Below are positions 19,824-27,686 of a DNA stretch of 64,000 nt, piece by piece. Both the position numbers and the translations under genes were made by a program. Under the pieces are notes generated by a model, which was not told the origin of the DNA, did not search any database, and worked only from the letters and a program-made list of their open reading frames with translations. The stretch's first letter is position 1; every line of letters starts with the position of its first letter. The stretch is from Desulfobacteraceae bacterium (GTDB lineage Bacteria > Desulfobacterota > Desulfobacteria > Desulfobacterales > SKZT01), in assembly GCA_011389745.1 (NCBI GenBank), contig JAABTQ010000010.1:11645-75644 (forward strand), given 5' to 3'.

Positions 19824-20391
19824 GGATTTAGAAAAAAAAATCCATCTAAGGGAATTTAAAGCCATCAGCAGGGTCATTTTAAAGTATGGTGATGTCAATA
19901 TGTTGATCAACCATATTGCAGAGCGAATATGCCGATTCTTTTCAGTCAAAGGATGCAGTATCATGCTCTTTGATGAACGTGAAAAACAGCTTTTTCGTGT
20001 GGCAAGCTATGGCGTCAGTGATGAGTATCTCAATAAAGGCCCGCTTCTGATGGATAATCAATACACGGCCTTTATCACCGGATTGCCGGTATTTATAGAA
20101 AATTTTCAAAATGATCGGCGCGTTCAGTATCCTGAAGCTGCTGCCAAAGAAGGAATTGTGTCCATGTTGTCTGTTCCGCTTAAATACCGTGAAGCCACAA
20201 TCGGGTTGATTAGGATCTATCATAATGAAGTTTGGCAGATCCACGATGAGGATATGGACTCTTTTTGTCTTCTGGCCGCCCAATTAGGGTTGGTTATCGA
20301 AAACAACGGCCTTAAAAATTTTTTCGAAAAAGTTAAAGGGGCTATGGAGATAGTACCGCCCCGGATGCTCAAAGAATTTCAGGGTTCATGA
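19816..20391 (+). CDS. GAF domain protein
   Basis: 191-aa ORF whose start overlaps the upstream stop. The single GAF-like fold pattern (CSIMLFDEREKQLFRVASYG ... SMLSVPLKYREATIGLIRIY) has no output domain. Confidence 0.7.
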   Translation: MNEDLEKKIHLREFKAISRVILKYGDVNMLINHIAERICRFFSVKGCSIMLFDEREKQLFRVASYGVSDEYLNKGPLLMDNQYTAFITGLPVFIENFQNDRRVQYPEAAAKEGIVSMLSVPLKYREATIGLIRIYHNEVWQIHDEDMDSFCLLAAQLGLVIENNGLKNFFEKVKGAMEIVPPRMLKEFQGS

Positions 20392-20395
20392 GATG

Positions 20396-20436
20396 AAAAA
20401 GCGCCCCGGGTTTGCACCTGGGACGCTTTTTTATTC
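20396..20436 (+). terminator. rho-independent terminator after the GAF gene
   Basis: AAAAGCGCCCCGGG - TTTGCAC - CCTGGGACGCTTTTTT, a GC-rich hairpin followed by a T-run. Confidence 0.7.
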
Positions 20437-20446
20437 TAAGCAAGAA

Positions 20447-20640
20447 TTTACCCCGATGTTGCAAAATAAGCATGTTTGCTTGAATCCGGCACGTTTTTAA
20501 AGAGTCGGGTTCCTGAATAACCGCTCATTGCAGAATTCACAATCGGTGAATTCCTTTGAAAGATGCAAAAAGCGAGTTTGGCTATTTTGTAACAGCATAT
20601 CCAATTGCGCTAAGTGAATTCCAATGCAACATCGGGGTTT
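20447..20640. repeat. MITE-like intergenic repeat, full-length copy
   Basis: Terminal inverted repeats ACCCCGATGTTGCA (left) / TGCAACATCGGGGT (right). The left 45 nt recur at 42084-42130 and both ends recur at 10789-10836. Internal hairpin is GAATTCAC-AATCG-GTGAATTC. Confidence 0.65.
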
Positions 20641-20644
20641 ATTG

Positions 20645-21097
20645 TTATCCGGCAATCTCGATTTTACGGGATTTCTCGGGTTCGGACCTGGGAATAGCTA
20701 CTTTTAAAACTCCGTCTTTATAACTGGCATCGACCTTATTCGCATCTACACCGTTGGGTATTCTCAGGCTTCTGGAAAAAGATCCGTAACGTCTTTCAAC
20801 AAAACGGTAGTTTTCTTTTTCCTCCTTTTTCTCCTGTTTCTTTTCACCCTGGATTGTCAGGAGTCCCTCAGACATGGTAATATTAATATCCTTTTTATCC
20901 ATGCCGGGCACTTCAGCCCTTACGATCACATGGTCATCTGTTTCAGAAACATCGATTGTCGGTAGCCACTGTTTATCGTCACTCAATTCAGGAAAACCGA
21001 AATCGTCAAAAAACCTGTCAAAAAATCTCATGTTCGGAGTAGCCATCCTATCATTGGGTCGTCTTAAAGTCGGCAGTAAAGTTCTCATATCATCCAT
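20645..21097 (-). CDS. Hsp20/alpha-crystallin family small heat-shock protein
   Basis: 150-aa ORF with an alpha-crystallin domain (PTIDVSETDDHVIVRAEVPGMDKKDINI ... SYKDGVLKVAIP). Confidence 0.92.
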   Translation of the reverse strand: MDDMRTLLPTLRRPNDRMATPNMRFFDRFFDDFGFPELSDDKQWLPTIDVSETDDHVIVRAEVPGMDKKDINITMSEGLLTIQGEKKQEKKEEKENYRFVERRYGSFSRSLRIPNGVDANKVDASYKDGVLKVAIPRSEPEKSRKIEIAG

Positions 21098-21154
21098 CTC
21101 CTCTTAATTGGTTTTATTTTTAATATCAGTTATTTAACTTTTCTTTTAACAATT

Positions 21155-21182
21155 ATTATAATCATGTCTGCCATGCCGTCAA
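21155..21182 (-). promoter_or_regulatory. putative sigma-70 promoter of hsp20
   Basis: Minus strand reads TTGACG - 16 nt - TATAAT, about 55 nt upstream of the hsp20 ATG. Confidence 0.45.
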
Positions 21183-21261
21183 GGGGATAAAATAATAAAA
21201 AACTTAAATAAATTGAGAAAGGTATGAATATTGCATTGAGGTTGCATTAGGATGGAAATAT

Positions 21262-21290
21262 AAAAAAAAGCCGCCATAAAAATGGCGGCT
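21262..21290 (-). terminator. rho-independent terminator (minus strand; end of mttB-BCCT transcript)
   Basis: Minus strand reads AGCCGCCAT-TTTT-ATGGCGGCT followed by TTTTTTTT. Confidence 0.7.
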
Positions 21291-21528
21291 TTAATATTGG
21301 GTGAGAAGCGCGAAACCCGGCTGTGCCGGGCACCAACCGTCAAGTAACATGTTTTTAGGGATGATTATTTTTACGTCATACCGGCCAAGGCCGGTATATC
21401 CAGGGTTTATTAATAAGAGTAGATTTCTTCTCTTATTATTCAGTTGAAGTCTGGATTTTCTGGCCCTTTTAAAGATGCGATTGAATCCTCTGCTGGAGAT
21501 TGATCCATCTGGTAAAAAGCTTCTTCTG

Positions 21529-23019
21529 TCACCCTGCTTTTTCCGCTTTCAGTGCTTTTAACAAAGAGACACAAGCCGCAAGCATGACGATGATGAACGG
21601 GAAAGCGGCTGCCACGGAAATCGTCTGCAAGGGTTTTAAGCCTCCAGCAAGCAAGAGAACTGCGGCTAATGCCGATTGAACCAAACCCCAAAATATTTTC
21701 TTTCGATTTGAAGGATTTAAATCACCTCCGGTGGAAAACATGCCTAAAACGAAAGTTGCCGAATTGGCCGACGTGATGAAAAACGTACAGAGGAGCGTAA
21801 TCGCAATAATGGATAATATCCAACCCAATGGATAATTAGCCATGACAGCAAATAAAGCGGATGCAGGGGCACCTGCCAGTTCGGAGAGTTTTGCCAGACC
21901 CAGCGTCTCCATAAGGTTCAACCCCAAGGTGCCAAATACAGCAAACCAGAGGAATGAGGCCATTGCCGGGGCGATCGTCACACCCAACACAAACTCTCTG
22001 ATGGTGCGACCTTTGGAGATACGCGCAATGAAGGATCCGACAAACGGGGCCCAGGCGATCCACCATGCCCAGTAAAATACCGTCCAGCCGTTAACCCAGG
22101 AATTATCGCCATAAGCATTTAAATCAAAGCTGCCCTGAACAAAATTGTTGAGGTAAGCACCGAATCCGGAAAACAAGGAGTTCAGAATTTTAACCTTGGG
22201 ACCAACCAGAAACGCTAAAAGAAGAAAAGATATGGCGAGACACAGATTGATATCGCCAAGGACCTTGATGCCTTTTTCAACCCCGCTGACCGCAGACCAG
22301 ATAAAGATGACAGTGATCACGGCAATAATGATCAAGGAGACCGAGTTGCTCTCTGGGATGCCGAAGAGGGAATTGAGGCCACTGTTGATCTGCAGCGTTC
22401 CCAGGCCAAACGAGGTCGCCACCCCTGCCACGGTTGCAAATACCGCCAGGATATCAATTGTTTTTCCGATCGGGCCCTTAACACCTTTTTCTCCGATTAA
22501 AGGCAGAAACAGGCTACTGATCATTCCTGGGGCACCTTTTCGGAATTGGAAATAAGCCAGAGCTAAGCCGATAATACTGTAACAAGACCAAGGGTGAAAT
22601 CCCCAGTGCTTAAAAGATGCTTCCATGGCAAAGGCTGCCGCCTCCCGGGTTCCCGGTTCAAGTTCCGGAGGTGCTGTAAAATGGGAAATAGGCTCGGCGA
22701 CACCCCAGAATACGAGACCGATTCCCATGCCGGCTCCAAACAGCATGGCAAACCATGATGCTGTACTGAACACGGGCTTTGAATCATCTGCTCCCAACTT
22801 GATGTTGCCATATTTGCTGAGGGCTAGTCCCAGGGAAAACACGACAAAGACGAACATCGATGCCAGATAGGCCCAGCCAAAGTTGGTCGTTAAAAAGGCG
22901 AGTAGATTATTGCTAAAATTAGCAAAGTGCTCTTGTGCCAACATGCCCCACGCAAGAAGGGCAACCACAATTCCTAACGAAACATAAAATACCGTGTTAT
23001 CTGTTTTTTTATCAGCCAT
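21529..23019 (-). CDS. BCCT family (betaine/carnitine/choline) transporter
   Basis: 496-aa, 12-TM ORF with the BCCT signature WTVFYWAWWIAWAPFVGSFIARIS. Confidence 0.9.
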   Translation of the reverse strand: MADKKTDNTVFYVSLGIVVALLAWGMLAQEHFANFSNNLLAFLTTNFGWAYLASMFVFVVFSLGLALSKYGNIKLGADDSKPVFSTASWFAMLFGAGMGIGLVFWGVAEPISHFTAPPELEPGTREAAAFAMEASFKHWGFHPWSCYSIIGLALAYFQFRKGAPGMISSLFLPLIGEKGVKGPIGKTIDILAVFATVAGVATSFGLGTLQINSGLNSLFGIPESNSVSLIIIAVITVIFIWSAVSGVEKGIKVLGDINLCLAISFLLLAFLVGPKVKILNSLFSGFGAYLNNFVQGSFDLNAYGDNSWVNGWTVFYWAWWIAWAPFVGSFIARISKGRTIREFVLGVTIAPAMASFLWFAVFGTLGLNLMETLGLAKLSELAGAPASALFAVMANYPLGWILSIIAITLLCTFFITSANSATFVLGMFSTGGDLNPSNRKKIFWGLVQSALAAVLLLAGGLKPLQTISVAAAFPFIIVMLAACVSLLKALKAEKAG

Positions 23020-23142
23020 TTTAAACTCCTTACAAGGTGATGGGGGTGATAAGTAATCGCTTTGCCGGAAAGAGCCCTATGGGCACAGGAGGTGGAAAAT
23101 CGAGATCAGGTCACTTTCGGTGACCGTATTTCAATCCCTTCT

Positions 23143-24585
23143 CTAAGCCACCAATAATTGTGTTACGATATCATTTAACTGCGGGTAATAGAGTTTCTTT
23201 TTGGCAGCTTGGTTGATGATGTTTTCCCATTGGCGAAACGAATCCACATTTTGCAATGTGTGGTCAGCCAATCTTGGGTTACTACCCTTTTCGGCAATTT
23301 CACGGATTCCTGCAAGAGCCTGATCATCGCCAGGAAAATACAATGGTATCATGCCTTTATCCTTTGGAATTGCGTCGAATATCTCCCTGGAACGCCTTTC
23401 ACGCTCGCAGTCCTCTATAAATTTTTCTAGGCTGAAAAAGTTGAGGTTGCCTAAAGCACCCATGGCGTGTCGCACAATATGCACCCCATATTTGCGCAAG
23501 CTGTTGCGGCTCAATTCTGAATCGATCAGCGCCTGGGAAGTCACATCGGATAGACTGGTACTGCCTCCGGTCTGGGCGGAAGGGAAATTTGTAATCCAGG
23601 TGTTGAGCCGGGCCATAGCTGCATTGATGAACGTTTGATGGGGGGAACTGTAAGAAAGATTAGCGCTTGCATCGGTAACACTTGGTATGCCACAGTGCAT
23701 ACAAGATATACCCGGATTGACGGTCTGAGCGAGAATCATCATGAAAATAACTTGAGCATGATTCTGCGTCAGCAAGGCCTCCGGGCTAGCAGGGCCAGAG
23801 ATGCCAACAATGCTCTGATCGATCAGTAGCAGGTTGTTCCCTGTACGAGCACTACGCAAAAAAGGATCAACCATGTTATTCATATATCCTAAAGAAGTGA
23901 TCAGGCTAGTGCCGTCGACCCAGTCCTCTTTGCCTTTGAAAAATGTCACCTCGTCATCGCTCATCATATTTGTAGTGATCATCTTGAGGCCTTGATAATT
24001 TTCCTCCATAAGATGAGCGACCTCGAAGAGAGAAATGGACTTGTCGCAGGCCACCGGCAGACTAAACATTCCCACAACATCCTGTTGTTTGCCCACTTCG
24101 AATGCAATTTTTTCGTACTCTTCGCGGTTGGCCGGACGCAATTCTTCGTCGCTAGTCCGTTTTAGAAATGGTGGTGTTGCACCGGTGCCGAAAGTATTCA
24201 TTCCAGGATCTAAGGGCATTTCACGGGGCACCCGCACGAGACATTGATCGATATAATCTCGCCTCAAAGGAATAAACAGCGCTGTCGCATTCTCGAAATC
24301 TACAGCATCAGCTTCCATAAGCAGATCTATAAGGGTTTGGTTCTCAACGATATTTATGCCTATATCCGTAAGCACCCGCTTTGCGTTTTCGTCAACACGC
24401 TGGTAAATAGCCTTCTCTTCGATCAGATCGTTTATATCCTCCATCTGATATCGAGCTTTTTCCAGAATCGTTTCGTCGGTGGCATGATGTAAGATATCCT
24501 CGTAAATGGAACGAGCCTTTTCGAATTGAGCCTCATTTTCCAAGAGTATTGCCTTGTTAAAAGTCTCTTCTACCTGTTTACTCAT
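23143..24585 (-). CDS. MttB-superfamily methyltransferase, non-pyrrolysine type (quaternary amine:corrinoid methyltransferase candidate)
   Basis: 480-aa uninterrupted ORF. Block-wise similarity to Methanosarcina MttB: RVLTDIGINI, FIPLRRDYIDQCLVRVPRE, FSLPVACDK, GISGPASPEALLTQNHAQVIFMMILAQTVNPG and AMGALGNLNFFSLEKFIED. The Pyl position (GS-O-SDAK) reads GGSTSLSD here, with no in-frame TAG. Confidence 0.75.
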   Translation of the reverse strand: MSKQVEETFNKAILLENEAQFEKARSIYEDILHHATDETILEKARYQMEDINDLIEEKAIYQRVDENAKRVLTDIGINIVENQTLIDLLMEADAVDFENATALFIPLRRDYIDQCLVRVPREMPLDPGMNTFGTGATPPFLKRTSDEELRPANREEYEKIAFEVGKQQDVVGMFSLPVACDKSISLFEVAHLMEENYQGLKMITTNMMSDDEVTFFKGKEDWVDGTSLITSLGYMNNMVDPFLRSARTGNNLLLIDQSIVGISGPASPEALLTQNHAQVIFMMILAQTVNPGISCMHCGIPSVTDASANLSYSSPHQTFINAAMARLNTWITNFPSAQTGGSTSLSDVTSQALIDSELSRNSLRKYGVHIVRHAMGALGNLNFFSLEKFIEDCERERRSREIFDAIPKDKGMIPLYFPGDDQALAGIREIAEKGSNPRLADHTLQNVDSFRQWENIINQAAKKKLYYPQLNDIVTQLLVA

Positions 24586-24791
24586 TGCAGTCCTCCCTAT
24601 TCTTCACTTAAACATTGCAGCTTTTTTTGAAAAAGCCTTTAGCGTTTGCAGTTTAATGGTTTTAGGCACGACCCCCGAAAAAATCTGCCAGGATTGCATC
24701 ATTTCTTTCACAGTCACAGCAGTACGCTGCACCTTGTTACTTTGAAAAATCTCGGTCAGTCCATCCGCATCAGCTATTCCAGTCGAATGAA

Positions 24792-24806
24792 GCAATAAGC
24801 ATGCCA
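24792..24806 (-). promoter_or_regulatory. sigma-54 (-24/-12) promoter of the mttB-BCCT operon
   Basis: Minus strand reads TGGCAT-GCTTA-TTGCT with canonical GG-N10-GC spacing, about 200 nt upstream of the mttB-family ATG and downstream of the sigma-54 activator gene. Confidence 0.7.
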
Positions 24807-25066
24807 GTTGTTCAGATAAGCAATTCGCAAAAGAAATAAGAGAAAGTCTGTGTCATTTGTTAAAGCAGCAAAGATACAGGAAGTGGCCGTCAAAAGCGGT
24901 GATTACCTGAAAGAGTTGTTGTCAAAGGGTTTATGGGGCAGGTCAAAGAAAGAAACAGCATATTGACGCTGAAAGAAGAGGTATTGAAGATCACATATTA
25001 AGCAGAAGAGAAAATGCTTATCTTTTATCAGGATGGATTTATCGATCGAAAATATTTCAGGCCTGT

Positions 25067-25125
25067 CACAGTTTGCTGCAAAAACGCAGCAAACCGTGGT
25101 TTTTTTTGCTGCTTTTTTGCAGCAA
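25067..25125. promoter_or_regulatory. two palindromes TTGCTGC-N6-GCAGCAA (candidate enhancer/UAS sites)
   Basis: CACAGTTTGCTGC-AAAAAC-GCAGCAAACCGTG (25067-25098) and TTGCTGC-TTTTTT-GCAGCAA (25106-25125). Centres are 33 bp apart, about 270-310 bp upstream of the -24/-12 element. Confidence 0.45.
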
Positions 25126-25224
25126 CCACACTGGTCCTCACGAGGTAGTTGAAATAACTACATATTACATCAATAGAGAATTTCTGTTGCGCTGCAGTTT
25201 TGCAAAGCACAAAAAGGATAGCTA

Positions 25225-27339
25225 TTATTTTTTAATTCCATATTTTGCCGCTTTTCTGATGAGTGTAGACTGGTGAATGTCGAGCTTTTGGGCCATTTCA
25301 CGTGTCGTTTTATACTGTTGAAACGCACGCCTAATGAGTTTCTGTTCGGTCTGTGCAACAGCTTCTGGAAGTGAAATTATTTCTTGCTCGCGTTTTTTGA
25401 GGGATTTTTTTGTTGCGCTACTATTCAAATCATGTGTGGTCACTACTTCATCTTGAGCACTGACAACCAACCTTTCCATAGTATTTTCTAATTGCCTGAC
25501 GTTACCTTGCCAATTATAATGGCACCAATAATCGAGTACTTCGTTTGTTACCTGAATATTCTTTCTGTATTTCTTGTTAAATAGACGCAAGAAATGTTCG
25601 ACAAGTGGCAGGATGTCATCTCTCCGTTCATTGAGCGCTGGAATAGGAATTGCTGCAACATTGAGTCGATAGTAGAGATCTTCTCTGAATTCATTGTTTG
25701 CTATCATATCCTTCAGATCTCGATTAGTGGCAGCAAGTAGCCTAATGTCGACCTTAAAAGGTTTGGTTCCGCCCACCCGTGTAATGGATTTATCCTGTAC
25801 TGCCCGCAACAGTTTTACCTGCATGTGCAAAGGCAATTCACCAATTTCATCCAACAACAGGGTACCTTTATGGGCTAAAGCAAAATAGCCGAGTTTTCCT
25901 GCACGATCTGCACCGGAGAAAGCTCCAGGTTCATAGCCAAACAATTCAGATTCCATAAGGTTTTCGGGAATTGCGCCGCAATTTACTTTAACAAATGGTC
26001 CACCTTTACGCTCACTGTTAGAGTGAATTATATCGGCGATGAGCTCCTTACCGACGCCTGAGGGACCAGTAATCAAAACAGGGCATTCAACTTTTGCCAG
26101 CCGAAGTGCTAAGGAAACAATTTCTTCCATTTGGGTTGATTGATAGACAAAACCTTTTTTTACCTCCATCTGTTTTAATTTGTTTTTATACAGTTCTGTG
26201 AGCCCCTTCATTTGATCCAGTTCAGATTGTAATTGAAAGAGATGCGTTGCATCTCTTATGTTGTTAACCACAAGTGCAATGTTTTCTTTCTCATCAAAAA
26301 CAGGGGTACTTGTTGCAATAATCGTTTTTCCGTCCTTGGTTGTTAAAGTGGTTGTTACGGTCTCTTTCTTCTCAATAGCCCTCACAACTGAAGATCTGGA
26401 ATATACGCCTTTCTCCAACATATCCTTGGGATACTTTCCTATCAGCTCGTCTCTGGAGAATCCAAATATTTTTTCATTGGCCCTGTTCATCTTGAGAACT
26501 TTTCCTTCACCATCCGACAGCCAAATACCGTCAAAAGATGATTCAAATATAGCATCAAATTCTCTATTTAGAGCCTTTACCCGGCTGAGTTCATCAGATA
26601 TTGATTCCAGTTCAGAAATATCTTGCAGAATTGCAACCGCTCCGATAACACGATTGTTTTTGTCAACAATCGGACTTCTGTTGGATAAAAAATAGTTGTC
26701 TTTGATTCTGATTTTTTGCAGAATTTCTGAATTACCGGAGAGGGCCACTTTTCGTAAACGGCTTTCAGGATAAAAATCTTCGATTTCTCTATTGTAGACA
26801 TCCTCAAATTTTTTACCAAAAAATTTTTCTGCAGATTTATTAAATATCTTTATCCTCCCAGCTAAATCAATAGAAATTATGAGATTATGAGTTGAATTAA
26901 ATATCGCTTCTGTCTCTGATAAAAAGTTTCTGTATAGCTCAGCAATATTTTCAACAAGTTTCTTTTTTGAGATTTTTTGGTTTACTATGCCGATAGAATC
27001 ACGCAACATTCCATATTTTTCCAAAATCTCATCAGATTCCACATTATCTCCATTAATTACAGCTTCCATTATATTTTCAACCGGATCTGATGAACTGTCC
27101 CCATTTGAAATAGCGGAGATTATGTGCTGAACAGTCAAGACGCCAACCATGCAGTTTTCATCGTCAATGACAGGTATTGCATCTATATTCGCATCCTTAA
27201 GTATTGACGTTGCCTCCTGAATGGAATGATTAGGCAATACAGATATCGAACTATAAAACCCCTTGCTTTTTTGCTCCATGGTGTACGCCTCTTCATAGAA
27301 AGTTTTGGTTCCATACTTGACGGTTTCGTAAAGGGTCAT
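25225..27339 (-). CDS. sigma-54-dependent transcriptional activator with CBS pair and PAS sensor domains
   Basis: 704-aa ORF with N-terminal CBS-like repeats and PAS-like segments. AAA+ core has Walker A GPSGVGKE and the ESELFGYEPGAFSGA (GAFTGA-type) loop. C-terminal Fis-type HTH is TREMAQKLDIHQSTLIRKAAKYGI. Confidence 0.9.
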   Translation of the reverse strand: MTLYETVKYGTKTFYEEAYTMEQKSKGFYSSISVLPNHSIQEATSILKDANIDAIPVIDDENCMVGVLTVQHIISAISNGDSSSDPVENIMEAVINGDNVESDEILEKYGMLRDSIGIVNQKISKKKLVENIAELYRNFLSETEAIFNSTHNLIISIDLAGRIKIFNKSAEKFFGKKFEDVYNREIEDFYPESRLRKVALSGNSEILQKIRIKDNYFLSNRSPIVDKNNRVIGAVAILQDISELESISDELSRVKALNREFDAIFESSFDGIWLSDGEGKVLKMNRANEKIFGFSRDELIGKYPKDMLEKGVYSRSSVVRAIEKKETVTTTLTTKDGKTIIATSTPVFDEKENIALVVNNIRDATHLFQLQSELDQMKGLTELYKNKLKQMEVKKGFVYQSTQMEEIVSLALRLAKVECPVLITGPSGVGKELIADIIHSNSERKGGPFVKVNCGAIPENLMESELFGYEPGAFSGADRAGKLGYFALAHKGTLLLDEIGELPLHMQVKLLRAVQDKSITRVGGTKPFKVDIRLLAATNRDLKDMIANNEFREDLYYRLNVAAIPIPALNERRDDILPLVEHFLRLFNKKYRKNIQVTNEVLDYWCHYNWQGNVRQLENTMERLVVSAQDEVVTTHDLNSSATKKSLKKREQEIISLPEAVAQTEQKLIRRAFQQYKTTREMAQKLDIHQSTLIRKAAKYGIKK

Positions 27340-27532
27340 AATCCTGGCAGTTTTTCAGATATAACATGCTGAGATCATCGATAGTCAAAGTAGCATTTTC
27401 GACCTTTTGCAGGACCATCATACTTCTCACTTCCGTAGGTTACCAGAATAAATAATCACTTCTCAAGAAAATTCTAATTTTGTCGATGTAATACTGTCTC
27501 TAATCAACAATTTTAGCAGTAAAATAAATCTA

Positions 27533-27548
27533 TGGCACTATTTTTGCT
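27533..27548 (+). promoter_or_regulatory. sigma-54 (-24/-12) promoter of the MFS transporter gene
   Basis: TGGCAC-TATTT-TTGCT is an exact match to the TGGCAC-N5-TTGCW consensus, about 140 nt upstream of the ATG at 27687. Confidence 0.75.
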
Positions 27549-27686
27549 CAGGCTACTATCGTAAAAACAGGTCGGATAAGGAAATAACTTGGCGTATCCG
27601 TACCTGACCATGTGCAAGCAACAGGATCTGTCACAGAAACATAGAAACCGGCCTTGCCAAATTATTTATATTTTAAGGATAAATAC

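Noticed and set aside
20453-20480. The repeat core GTTGCAAAATAAGCATGTTTGC resembles the reverse of the mttB sigma-54 promoter (GCAATAAGCATGCCA)
   Set aside because: On the reverse strand it reads AACATGCTTATTTTGCA and lacks the essential GG of the -24 element. The shared ATAAGCATG is probably coincidental.
21098-21154. Possible RNA thermometer (ROSE/fourU-like) in the hsp20 leader
   Set aside because: The leader is simply AU-rich. I could not find a hairpin pairing the AGGAG RBS with a U-rich or UYGCU anti-SD segment.
24604-24795. 63-aa ORF in the mttB leader
   Set aside because: Its start codon would lie inside the -12 element of the sigma-54 promoter, so it is not on the transcript. It has no RBS and no coding-like features.
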